This document shows, piece by piece, positions 1 to 11,757 of a stretch of 64,000 nucleotides of DNA. Below the pieces are notes generated by a model that made no database searches, was not told where the DNA came from, and saw only the letters and a list, made by a program, of their open reading frames with translations. Both the position numbers and the translations under genes were made by a program. The DNA is from Klebsormidium nitens (lineage: Eukaryota > Plantae > Klebsormidiophyceae), in NCBI GenBank assembly GCA_000708835.1, contig DF237008.1, positions 62,001-126,000 of the forward strand, given 5' to 3'. Each line of letters begins with the position of its first letter. Position 1 is the stretch's first letter.

Positions 1-400
1 CGGGTTACAAGGTTCACCGAGGGCGGGAAAGTTTGTCAGACGGTAATCAGACGCTTTGTGCCGCTTCAACCAAGTCGCACAAGCCTCTTTCAAACAGGTT
101 TGGTCTGTCACCTATCGGGAGCTGTCGGACAAGATGTGTCGGCCAGCGAACTCGGCAGGTCGTATTTCTGAGACTGAAGCTTTATCAGCAATTTCTCGCT
201 GCCTGAATCCATCACCTTGGACGAGTATGCGGAATGTTTCGGACGCTTTTTGGACGCTCGAAATGTGCTCGAGTCGAAGCCACTCTGAAATTGAGAGCTT
301 AGCCTGCGGGCAAAGGATTCAAACACCAGATGTAGACGTGGAAGCAATAACCAAACGAAGCAGGCGCACCCGCAAAAAAAGGGCCCCAGTCCAAACTCAC

Positions 401-2526
401 CCATCTGACGACAGCAGGATCCCTTGCAGGACGGACTTGAGGGCCCGCGCGGAGGTTGCGGCCATGCACATCGTGAATCCGTACATGTGAAAGCTGGGTT
501 CGCCCTGCAAAGATTGACATACGCTGACGTCATGAGCTCAGACGCTGGTGCTTTGGCTTTTCCTTGACATGTTGCTCGAAGTTTTTACAGATGAAAGCTG
601 GGTAGACGACTCGAGCTAGAATTCGTAGGATCGAGTTGGATTCCTGCAGGAAAACTTAGACTTTGTTGCTCACCCCGCTGGCCACCATGATCCCGACCAC
701 CACCGGCACGAGCGACCCGTACACCGGCCATGCCTCCCGCTTCATCGTCATCGCGGCCGCAAATATTGCTGTGAAAAACGGCGTTGTGGCGCCGATCGCC
801 TGGTTGAAGGAGACGGGGAGGAAGCGGAGCGAGATGTTGCCCCCCACGACCGAGGTGCAGAAGATGACGGAGAGGGCGCAGATCTTGATGAACTGGGAGC
901 GGGAGCGGATGGGCTGCATCGGTACGATCTTGAGCCACGCGATAGCGACGTACGAGAAGAGCGCGCACGCGGCCATGTGGAGCATCCTGCAGAAGATAAA
1001 GTTTTCTTGCTTTCTAGTGTTGCAGCGGAGTCTTCACCTTATGAAGGTCGAATGTTTTGGAAACTTCAATTGGATGATGTGTGAAGAGGGCGGGCGCGCG
1101 ACGAAATGCAGCATCTTGCAGAAGAAGGAGGTGTAGGTTTAAGGGACTTTTCAACTTCCGAATTTTCAAAGTGTTTGGGGAGAGTGTTCAACAGTTGATA
1201 GCCTCTAAAAAAGAAGAAGAGCAGGAAAGAAGAAAGCCTGCGACAATACTTGAAGCGTCTTGCAAAGAGGGGAGGAAAGGGTACATTGTGCTTCCAAGTG
1301 AGAGGAGCGGGGTAGATCTTGCAAGGGGGTGTAGGCTCTTGATCGCTTCAACAACAACAAGAGTCTGAGCAGTAAAGTTGTGTCATCAGCTTTGAGCACT
1401 TCAGTTCAAACCAGGGGGAGAAGAAGGTTTCAAGAGGGACGAGGCTTTTGCCACCTTGGCAAATAAGAAGTATTTTCCAAATACTGGTGGTTAGAAGGTG
1501 ACGACAAGCAAAAGCACTTTCTGAAAACATCGCTTGAAATGCGAGGAAACCTAATGGAGCGGTAGTGAGTCTTTTGAGAAAGAGAGGGAGCTCATTCACA
1601 AGCTACATGGCTTAGTTGAGCAGGTCACTACAGAATGAAGCCAAACAGAAACCGACACAACAAGTGTCTTCAACGTGAAAGGTTCTTCAGGTGTCCAGAT
1701 ATTGCCTTCTGTTAAATCTCTCCCATTGTTTATGAGAGCAACCTTTATCAGAGACATTTCAGCTGCATATAAGACCACTGTCTTGACATGCTTTGTAACA
1801 TCGCTGAGACAGATACTATCAGGCCAAACACCGATCCTTGATTTGACTTTTGACTAACGGCAGCTATTCAAAGCACCTCTTAGGATGAGGAATGCTCTCA
1901 TTACAAAGAGTCGATTTCTGAATGCACTCCACCGTCAGCCATTTTGATTCACTCTCCGTCAATGGAGCATCTGATTGCTGTCACTTGAGCTCGAAGGTGC
2001 CGCTTGCAGCTAACCACAACAAGTGCAGAATAACTTCTGGTGCACAATTCCAGAGCTGCGCCGATTGGTTGCAAGCATTTAAGGAAAGGCAAGCTCCCAA
2101 AGCGATGCCTTCTGCAGAAGCAAATACTTCTCACAAAGTGCACCGCCGCACACAACAGCGAATACGACCTGACAGATGTAATTTCCATTCTCTCCCTTGA
2201 ATTCTTCCTCATTTCAAAGCTTTTGCTGAGGGGCTCTGGATTGGAAGAATTTTGCGAAAGGTCAACTAATTAGCTTAGTGCGCTCGTCAAAAGATAACTT
2301 ACGTGAGGAAGATGGGGTACTTGAAGCCATAGATGCTGAGCAAGTACTTGTTTAGCAGCAGCACTCCGATGTTGGAGAAGTACCAGCTTCCTATCAGCAG
2401 CAATGTGGTGATGCCTTTGGGAATCCGCACAGGCACCTTCTCAACAGTTGGGTAATCCGGTGTCGCTAGAAGCCCCTGCCGCTCCTCCCTGTCCTTCTCT
2501 CTCCTGGATTGGAAGATGCTCGCCAT
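401..2526 (-). CDS. Nucleotide-sugar / sugar-phosphate translocator (TPT/NST family), 3' end lies beyond the left edge of the window
   Basis: Exons traced: 2526-2303 (MASIFQ...[28 protein letters not shown]), 986-674 ([12 protein letters not shown]...[25 protein letters not shown]...IMVASG), 504-401 ([34 protein letters not shown]). All junctions are GT-AG and phase-compatible. Motifs match the plant TPT-domain family. Confidence 0.9.
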
Positions 2527-3631
2527 CTTTCTCTGCAATAGCCTCTCAATTGCAGTGGACGACAGCAACCTGCTTGTCGCCAACAAAGAATCAAATTCCT
2601 ACTCCCATGCCCCTTCAATTCACTCTACGCCTGAACCCCGTTCCAAATCCTTTCCCTATCCAGAAGCAGGGGAAGCGCGTCGACCAGTGCAGGTCACATT
2701 CAAGGGCTTAAAGCTTGGCCCGATTTCTGGTGCGCTTTTTCAACCCCTTCCAAGCGTTGTTGTGTTCTTTCTTTGACAGCCAGCTGGTCAGTTAGCTTGT
2801 ACAGCCAATCTTACTTGCCCCAATTCAGAAGCTTTACATGCCAGATCTTAAAGATGTAGCGAGAACAATTGACCTGCGCCTGAAATCTGCACCACACGAA
2901 GCCTCCCAAGCTTCAATCCGTGAGCAGCCTCCTCGGCAAATACATAGATAAGGAAGAAACTTCCTCCCCAGGGCCACAGGGCCAGAGCTAGAACACCAAT
3001 CTCCGAGTCCTAGCGCCCCTCCATCCAGCTTCTGCTAGCCGAATTCTGCGGTTGGGGAAATCTAAGATCTTTCCTCCGACCGCTCTCAGCAGCGTTCAAG
3101 CTGGCCCTATTCACATGCGGATAAATTTAAAGCTTCGTAGAGTCGCAAAGTCGGGCGTGACCTGGCGTCAATCTGCCGTCGTAACCTACTGGTCGGTAGA
3201 CTGAACCGGGAGCTTCTTGGAACCAATAGCGATTCCCCTGGGCAGAGGTTCGGAGAGTCTCGGTGGTCTCGCCGCTTTTTCGGACGACCGCCAACCCCCT
3301 CTAGAAATTGTCGATTGTTCCGCATGGTGTGTCGGCCAGCTTCTGTTGCCCTTACATTCGATCGTTCAGCCTCCGGTCCTGCACTGCATCATGCATGATG
3401 GTGTTTTTGAAAGTTGGCATTCAGGAACTCCTCAGAGGCGGTCAGTTGTGAGGTTAGCAACCCCATGCCTTCGATGTGCACGGGCAGGTTCTTCTATACC
3501 TACTTGCTCTAGGTAGCACTTTCTGAAAATGATCTGAAGTTTTCAAATCCTTTAAAGATATCAGAGGCGTGTGCGGGAGGGAAAGCAGCTTCTTATAACA
3601 CGTGAGCTGGAGGACATTGAAATCTACACCG

Positions 3632-6600
3632 ATGCCCCGCTTCAGTACCTTGCCAGCTTCGGGATGCCGGCCGATCCGTCTCATCACTGCAGATGAGCTG
3701 GGGTATGTGAAGGTGGTAGAGTCCAGGGGCCAGAATGCTGGGCCGCCGGAGGTGGTTGCGCGGTGGGGAGATGGGGGGAGAGGGAAAGGCGTCGAGAGAA
3801 TGCAGGTATCAGCTTGGGTTAGCATGTTTTCCGCAGCTGTTTTGGCAATGGTTTCAAAGTGCAGAGCACATTGTAGGATTGCTTTGGTAACAGTTTGATG
3901 ATGGTGGTGGTGGTTATGCACAGATGTATTGCTTCATAGTTCTGCTCAGATGTTTGTCCTGGCCCTTCTTAAACTGCGCGCTTATTACTAGATTTTAAAT
4001 TGCTCATTCTGTCCGCAATTTGGAGATTCTGCTGCCTGCCTGGCGGGTCAAGGCAAACAGGAAAACATCAATGTAATCAGTAGGTCGCATGTTGAGGCCA
4101 AGCTTAGGGTTTCAATTTTAGGGTTTCCGTCAGTTTGGGCTTTGTTAGGAAGACTGAGACTGCCAAGCAACCCCATGATAGCCAAAGCGGCCTTGCATCC
4201 TCTGACATCCTCTGAACCTGCAATATCAGATGCAAGTTTGGTGAGTGGTTGAACCTCTGGAATCTGCGAATCCTGATACGAAACCTTAGTTCGAAACCTG
4301 AGTCTAAACCCTTCCAACCGCTTTCCTTAACCCTGCTGCAGGTCACCAGCTCTGGCCCCTTTGGTGGCCTCGTCACAGTCGCCCGGTCCGACCAAACCGT
4401 CGAACTTCTCGACATTGCCAGCGGCCAGCCCCACGCCTCTTTTATCGCAACGCCCCTGCAAACCAACGGCAACAAACCCAGTGCCAACACCCTTAACCCT
4501 GCAACTAGTCAGGACGCAGTTAGGGGCATACATCTCTTCCAACAACCAACAGAGGAAGCGGTCCAAGTTTTGACGTGCTCCAGGGGTGGAGCAGTCAGTC
4601 AATGGAAAGTGCCACCCAGAGAAGATGGGGGAGCCGGGGGGGCGGCAAGCACCGTGGCAGAATGGGGAGTGGGTTCGGGGGTGGAGAGCTTAGCTGTGGA
4701 TCACAAGGTGGGTTACTCAAGTGCATTGGATCTAAATTGGAGGGAAATTGGAGGTCCCAGGAGGCGATCGTTAGCTGTGGGTTAGTGCTTGTGTAGGGAA
4801 GTGGAACTCTCAGAACATATCAACATCTGACATGCGGATGTGGAGGAATTGGGCGGGGCTGGGAGTTGCTTGCCGTAATGGTGCTGATAAGCCCCTGCTA
4901 ATCTCCAGAGCAGCTCAGCGGAGCACCGTTTCAGGATTCCAGGCCTCGTAGAAAATGATGGCGGCTGCGGGTATTTGTAAATGACGGATTCTCGAAAGTC
5001 CGTTTACCGCAGACATGAGAAACACTGGCAAGATGAGTTGCTTTGTGGTTCAGTACTGTCCAAGTGGTCTGCTTCTACCGCGCAGATTGCTGAAGCTGGG
5101 ACTTTCAGACCACAATCTGTTTAGGTCCCACCACTAACACTCTCATCCAACACTAGGCTGGAACATAGTTGATAGACGCTGTAGCTAAATAGGTCAGCGC
5201 CTACTCGCTAACTCTGACAGATTTCTCGGTTTCTTGCAGGAACAGTCTCTTGTTGTCGGAGGGAAAGGGCTGGACGCAACACTATGGAGCCTCGAGACGA
5301 GGGCAAAGTTGTGGCAGGCAAAGAATACTCGCCCCGACGCACTGGGGTTGCAGACACCGGTCTGGGTGACGCAGCTGCTGTTTCTGGGGGGAGATGGGAA
5401 TAGGGTGCTGGCAGCAACAGGTGGGCTTTTGTAAGCGCGTTTTGTGGAGTTCCCTGGTGGCCGTCGGTGTTTGAGACTCGTTGAAAGCTTTGCTGAAAGG
5501 GCGCACACAGACTGGGAGTTGAAGGTAGTAACGTGTTGGAAGAGACGAACAGGAAAGATGTTCAAAAAGTTAGAAAGCCCACAGCTTTCCATGAATTTCA
5601 GAAAGTGTCGCTTGTTGTTCGCGGTTGACCTAGTCCGGTTTCGGGTCAGTCGGACCATCCACACCAGAATATTAGCCGCGCTTTTGTCTGTGACCGTCAT
5701 CAATAGTCTTGTAAGAAGTCTTGTCCAATCCCTGTACCGACGTAATCGTACCCCGTCAGCACCTTGTCTTGAAAGCTCTCCTCTTTCTTGCCCAATCGCG
5801 ACCACGTTTTCGACTTCCTTCCAGGTCTCCACCAGCTGCGTTTTATAACGTCACCTCACCTCGTCAGCCGCACCTATATGACGTCACATCACCTCGTCAA
5901 GCACGTGGAGAATTCTAACCACATGCTCGAATATGCCCACTCACATCCCTCCTCTCGCGTCCAGGGCACCACCAGCTGAGGCTGTATGACGTCAAGGCGC
6001 AGCGGCGGCCGGTCATGGTGATGGAGTATGGAGAGCTTCCGATCTGGTCGGTTGCTGAGGACCCCTCAGGGCACGTGGTTTATGCCGGGAACAGCACTGG
6101 TGATATTGTCAGCTTTGATCTCAGGACGGGTGAGAACGGACCACCGAAAATGTCTAGACTTACCTCGTGTTTGGCAGGCGAAACGTTGAAGATCTGGGCT
6201 GATCTGCACTCGTCTCTCGTCTGATCCGCAACACGCAATATCCGTCACTTCTGAAAGATGCTCTTACCTTCTCTCGTCGACAGTAAGTCCTTCGGTTTGA
6301 CCATGCCCCGTCACTGTTACAAAGGCTCTTTGTGGGGCAAAAACATTCGAAGGATGGCGGCATGTTCACCCGTCCCCCCAGGCACTACTTTCGGGCGCTT
6401 TGTTCCGCTTCGCCAGTCAGTGACATACTGAGTGCATTCAAGCAGGCTGCTCTTCCACTCCAATCCTTGCTGTAATCCGTTTCTCTTTTCAAGGTGGAGG
6501 GTACTCATGTTGAAAGAACATTTGTGCCGCAAATTGTTTCACGGCACCGCAATGAGCAATGAGGGTGTCTCTCCCAGGCGCCAATTCGGGCAGCATCAAC

Positions 6601-8538
6601 AGCGGCGTAGGCTCGCTCGTGGTGCACCTTTCGAAATTCTAAACGTAGCAAAGAATCATCAACGGATGCTTGTCCTCCGCTTCCTCAGGGCGGGCTCCCG
6701 GGCAGCGTCAGCGGTAGCGTGCGCTCCCCGGAGTACACCCGACGGCGAAATACGCTCTCGGTCATCCTCATCCAGATTCGCAATCCTGACCGTGCTCTAT
6801 CATTGGTTCGACAGCAACGAGCACACCAGAGAGGGTCGAATAAAACGGGCAATCTTTTGTTATCTCTTCAGGGACTAAGTCGGGCGGGTTCCGGGGCAGA
6901 GTTAGCGGCAGCGTGCGCTCGTTCACGGCGCACAAGTTCAAATGTAGCAGATCGACGCATACATCAATGAATGTCTAAATGGTGTCAATCAACGCATGCT
7001 TATCCCCCTTTTCTTCAGGCACCAAGTCGGGCGGGTTCCCGGGAAGCGTCAGCGGCAGCGTGCGCTCGCTCGCGGTGCACCCGACGGAGCCCCTACTGGC
7101 CTCGGTGGGCCTCGACCGCTTCCTGCGGATCCATAACACGCAGACGCGGCAGCTGCAGGCCAAGCTGTTCCTCAAGCAGCAGATGGTCGCGTGCGCGTTC
7201 GACACCGATCCCGCCAGACAGGTAAGCAAGCAGTTTCGGCACTGCAGGTTGTTTTCAGGCTCTTATACTGCGCGGTGGATTCTTTTGGGGCGAGAGTGGG
7301 GTCTTCCATGGAGTTTTCGTTGTTCTGATTCTCTCGTTTAGATGGTTGGATGCACGCCCGAAATCGACCCCGCCCGATAGGTGAGGAAGGAGCAGCTGTG
7401 CTTGCGGTGTCGAGGTAAGATTGGGTTTTTCAGCGATTTTGGATCAGGTTTTTGGGATTGGGAAGACGCGCAAAGGGGAGGTTAGGGGACTGGATGGAAT
7501 CTCTCCGGTGTAGGGACACTCTGAATCAGCTGGTCGCTTGTGCATTTGAGACCGATCCCACGAGACAGCCGAGCCAACGATTTGGCTGGCGCTGCCGAGG
7601 ACAGAGTACTCGTTAAGGGTCTGAGATTTGATTATCTAGGTTTTGACACCACTGCTTTAGGGAAGTGCGGTCATGTACCTTTTCGGACGAAGACCAGGCG
7701 GTTTCCATGGGGAAATCTGTCCTTTTGATTTCTCTCGTTTAGATGCTGACACCTCGCCGTTGACCTTGACAATCAAGGACAGGCTGCTAGTTTCGGCGGT
7801 CTGCGTACTTGCGCGCTCGTGCGATTTGCAGGTCGATGCTCTCAGGCTGCACACATCGAAACCTGCGCTCGTGAGAAATCTGGATTTGCGGGTTCGCGTC
7901 TGTCCACATGTTGCAAGTCTCAAAGGTTACATGGCTTTGAAATTTTGTCTTTTTTGCAGCCCGAAGAAGCGGAGCCGCCCGTCGAAGATGAAGCAGCTTC
8001 GGACGATGACGACCGTCCGATGAGACACGTGGCAGCCAGCGACTCCGGGAGGGATGACGATGGCGATTTGGAGGAAGAGGAGGGAGCCTCGGGTAGAAAA
8101 AGAAAAAGCGATAAGGTAGGACGGAAATCGGAGAAGAGAGCCAGAAGTACGAAGAAGCACGAGGAGGAAGAAATGGACTCTGACGAGGAGGCTTGGGATG
8201 ACTCCGACTCGGACGAAGAGGAGGGTTTTGGGGAGCGGAAAGGCGGGCGGAAAACAGAAGGGCGGAAAACGGGGGAGTCGAATCAAAAACGAAAAAAGAG
8301 CCGTCGAAACGATGACGAGGATAGCAAAGGGGAGGGTTTCGACGGCGAGCAGTTCGGAACCTACTCGGATGAGGAATCTGAAGAGGAAGGGCTGCCTAAG
8401 AAGAAACGGAAAAGCAGAAGTACAGGACAATCAGATAGCGGTAGAAAAGGTGGTCGACCGCGAGGGAAGGGTGTCGGTGTTTCGGACAAGAGGAGGATAT
8501 CCATTGGTAAGAAGAAAAGTCACAAGAAGAGGACGTGA
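3632..8538 (+). CDS. WDR74: WD40-repeat protein WDR74/Nsa1-like (60S ribosome biogenesis) with acidic, Lys-rich C-terminal tail
   Basis: Exons 3632-3805 (MPRFSTLPASGCRPIRLITADELGYVKV), 4342-4707, 5240-5420 (LVVGGKG...WVTQLLFL), 5965-6129 (GHHQLRLYDVKAQRRPV...AGNSTGDIVSFDLRT), 7019-7221 (SGSVRSLAVHPTEPLLASVGLDRFLRIH), 7960-8538. GT-AG junctions, phases consistent. HQLRLYD..QRRPV and GLDRFLRI resemble plant WDR74. Confidence 0.85.
4105..4126 (+). promoter_or_regulatory. Two telo-box-like motifs (TAGGGTTT) in WDR74 intron 1
   Basis: TAGGGTTT at 4105-4112 and 4119-4126. Telo-boxes are known near plant ribosome-biogenesis genes; function here is not shown. Confidence 0.3.
6370..6940 (+). repeat. 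Intronic array of degenerate copies of the WDR74 exon-5 acceptor junction
   Basis: Acceptor-like CAG at 6381, 6577, 6688 and 6871, each followed by sequence resembling the true exon start at 7019. The nearest copy matches about 53/62 nt by manual count. Confidence 0.85.
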
Positions 8539-9340
8539 GATGCATCCGAAGTCGGCGGGTGACGTCCGAAATCGGTCGATAAGCGAGTGTGAAATCACCT
8601 CTGTTTCGTAGCCTGAAATTGATTTAGGCACGAGCTCGGAGTATGCATGGCATGGGCCACCTGCACTGAAAACAAGACGGTGTGAGGCGCTCCTCCGAAT
8701 GATTCTGCGAAGGGGCGGCCAGACAATCCAAAAGAACTGCACAGTACGGTGTGATGATGCAATCAGTTTTCAGGCGATTTGCAGCGTGCCGACGGTATGG
8801 TGGTGTCAGCGAGCAAACATGTTACATGGGTCTCTGCAATTCATTTGATTGAGAGTCGCGAAGGTTCTGAAGTTGATCGACAGGCGCGCACTGAGCTGAG
8901 CATCGATCTGACTAGCTCTGCTCGAATGCAGTCCGACCCCTGAAATTGGATCACTGGACAGTCGAGGCATGCACTCAGTTTTGAATGTATGCGCATACGA
9001 ACCATGCGCATGGTCTTCTAGCAATTGCTTCAGCAAACTTATGCATCGTGATCTACCAAGGCAATCAACCATTGGCATGGAGGCAGTACTGCTATAGCTA
9101 CATATCAGTTCACGATGATCTTTAACACATCCGGCAAACGTTGTGCTGCACGCCTGGTTTATGATGCGTACAAATGTAAAAATCACATGTGCGCATCAAG
9201 CGTGCCAGAGTCTCGTCGCATGCCTCAGCAGCTCTGTTGCGATTGGATAAATAAACGTCGTTGTATAGCTCTAGCGCTAAAGCTAGACTCGATGTACCTA
9301 CAAGTTCCGTACGTGTAGAGGTGAACCTTCAACCACGAGT

Positions 9341-10753
9341 TCAATTCGCAGGCGCTGGGAAGACCGATAGAGCTTCTTTTGTCACGGCCTGCATGCATTC
9401 GTCCAGCCCTGGGCTCCCAAACTGAACATAACTCATTAGGCGGTCCTTCATGCCTGGACTCATAAGGCCCTGAAAGGCTCTGCGGTTGCTGAGAAACTCC
9501 AACACCCCCGCGAATCCCGCCTTAGGCCGGTCCCACATCTCGCTAGGCCAATTGTACGCAAGACTTTCCAGTCTCCGCTTCATCTCCGACAGGTCGCCTG
9601 TGCTCAGAAGGGCCTTGAAGCGGAGCGCCTCCTTTACACCCTTAATCTCAGCACCCCCGTGCTTGGCAAGAAAGAAGACGAGTCCGCACGGCTCGATTGT
9701 GAGGCCTTCTCCCGAGCAGGCAATGCAGGGGCCGTTCCGCTTCCCAAGAGCTCCGATGCAGGCGAGCATGATGTGCCCCTGTAAACAGAGGCGTCCGACT
9801 GTGCGGGTTGGACGATCGACGCTCTCCCTGCAGGCGTTCAATCTGGCCATTCTGGGTGCCCTCTTTCCTCCTCTTCTTGTGCCAAGCGCTCGGTGCGCAC
9901 GTTTTGGTACAATGGCAGTCATCGTCGCCAAATCCAGCAACTTCGCTGAACCATTCGAAACCCTCCGGGCAGCTTGTACACCAGTCCTGGTTCAGCGCGT
10001 CCCAATTTTCAAAGAAGAGCCCCTGGTGCAGCGGGAACGTTGCACTACTGCAGTAAGGGCAGGGCCAGCACTTGTACCCTCCGCTTTGCTCCAGGCGCTT
10101 TGCACCTTCTGACATGACCTTGGAGTACATCCTCGACGCTGGAAAGTCCTTAACTATCCCCCGACAGCCATGCTCCCACGTCCTCTCTGCGAGGTATTCT
10201 AGACTGTGCGAAAGCGAGTCCTGCAAGCAGGCGCTGGAGAGAAACACCTGATCTGTCAAGAAAGGCTCCTGGAAGCGCAATGCCTGCATCGCATCTGGTT
10301 CCGTCCAAAACCCCTCTGTGGGACAGCCACCTGTCAAGTGTCCCACTCTATGCAGCTTTGTCCTGTCAATGATAGCTCAAGGCGTGTGAACTTCGTCTCA
10401 TACCATTCACGTTGGTCCGTCAATGCCGGGTGCAAACCCGGGCAGTACACTAACAGCTTATAAAGACTGGCCCAACCCCCTGGCGGAACGGCGGTGTCAG
10501 AGTTCCCATAACCGAGGGCAGTGCAGAGTGTTGGGGCATGTCTCATGCAAAGCGCCTTCCAGGTTGAACACCGCATTATTGCGTCCCATTCGCGACACAC
10601 TGACGAGACAGGAACAAGATCCTGGGGGGCAGGCCCAAGCCTGCCAAAAATGCCATTCAGCAGGTCGGCGCTGAAGTCAGCCACAGATGTCAGGCGGCCT
10701 CCTGGAAGGTTGCCAGTGTCAGCGCGGAATTCAGCAGTCTTGCTGCGGTCCAT
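9341..10753 (-). pseudogene. EID1-like (EDL) F-box gene split over three frames (pseudogene, or unresolved short introns / assembly errors)
   Basis: ORF 10334-10753 has an F-box (LLNGIFGRL...VSSVCREW) plus GGWASLYKLLVYCPG. ORF 9648-10346 continues with VFLSSAC...GCRGIVKDFPASRM...CPYC. ORF 9341-9940 carries RLNAC...LCLQGHIML. These are collinear with EID1/EDL motifs as I recall them (GNWGALGKLLIYC; YVSDPC..FRGIFKSF..CPYC; YVCLNGH). Confidence 0.6.
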
Positions 10754-11240
10754 TGCTGAGTGCTTGTTTGCTTAGGCAGGTGAGAGAGTCCCCAGTAAAA
10801 GGCCGGACGTCTCTAGGACGTTGTGGAGGACCAGGCAATTGTGGAGGTTTGGCAGTAGTTGCAGAGCTTTCAAGTGATGTCAACGACCAGTCCGGTTGCT
10901 TGCGGCTCAACTTCAATGTAAAGCTGACAAGCTGCTTCGACGCTTGGGGAATGGAACCTGCATTAGATTCTCTGAAGCAGGAAGAACCTGGAAGGTAATC
11001 CAAACACTCATGGGCTGGAGAAAAGCGATGCTGAGCTACAGAGAAGCAGAAGGATGGTCCCGTTCCTTTTATCTCAGACACACCATCTTTCAATGGTCCT
11101 AAAGCATTCTGACATGGCGCACCTTCACCTGCCTTCACCTTGGTAGGTATGAACAGTCTGGCACACCGGGCTGATCAGCTGCAGCACCGGGACTAGCACA
11201 CCGACAAACGAAAGGGGAATCCTGCCCCTTCCGCAGCGGA

Positions 11241-11336
11241 TGGCCGGGTTCGAGAATCGAACACACGACCTTTCGGTCCAACCCCTTTTAGTGTGCTAGG
11301 TTAAGCACGACGCTCAACCAACTGAGCTAGCCCGAG
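11241..11336 (-). tRNA. Degenerate tRNA-Ile-like sequence with an intron-like insert (pseudo-tRNA or SINE head)
   Basis: Minus strand reads GGGCTAGCTCAGTTGGTTGAGCGTCGTGCTTAA-[~24 nt]-ACCGAAAGGTCGTGTGTTCGATTCTCGAACCCGGCCA. D-arm, A box and GTTCGA B box are present and resemble plant tRNA-Ile. Acceptor and T stems have mismatches and the anticodon loop is non-canonical. Confidence 0.6.
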
Positions 11337-11757
11337 GAGGCACAGCCTTCACCTTTTTTAGGAAAATACCGTCTTGCACGTGCGGCTCATCAGCTGGAAC
11401 TCGCAGACTAGCGTAAGGGCACAGCCTTCACCGAGTTCACGGTTCACCTAGAAACGAGCTCATGGAAGAGGGGCACAATGCACACTGCGTCACACAGGAC
11501 GCACAGCCTGTTTCCTCATGCCTCTTGCCAATCTCTCGGTGTGATTGTTTTCCAGCATTATTATCGGACGGCTCAGATGCAGTAAAGAGCTTATCTCACG
11601 GTTGAGATTGCGCGTCGGACATCACTTCCACCCAATGCGGCTAGCCAACAAAGATGCATCATGCACAGGATTGCATCGGCCATTCTGTGCACCATTCGAA
11701 AGTCAGTTGTTGCAAAGGCGCCCCTCAAAAGTGGTGCGCAACAGAGTGTTGTCGGCC

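Noticed and set aside
5194-5848. ORFs 5194-5832 (-) and 5444-5848 (+)
   Set aside because: They overlap WDR74 exon 3 and intron 3, have no recognisable domain and lack independent splice or start context.
7927-8430. Hydrophobic 167-aa minus-strand ORF
   Set aside because: It is the antisense reading of the purine-rich Glu/Lys/Asp tail of WDR74.
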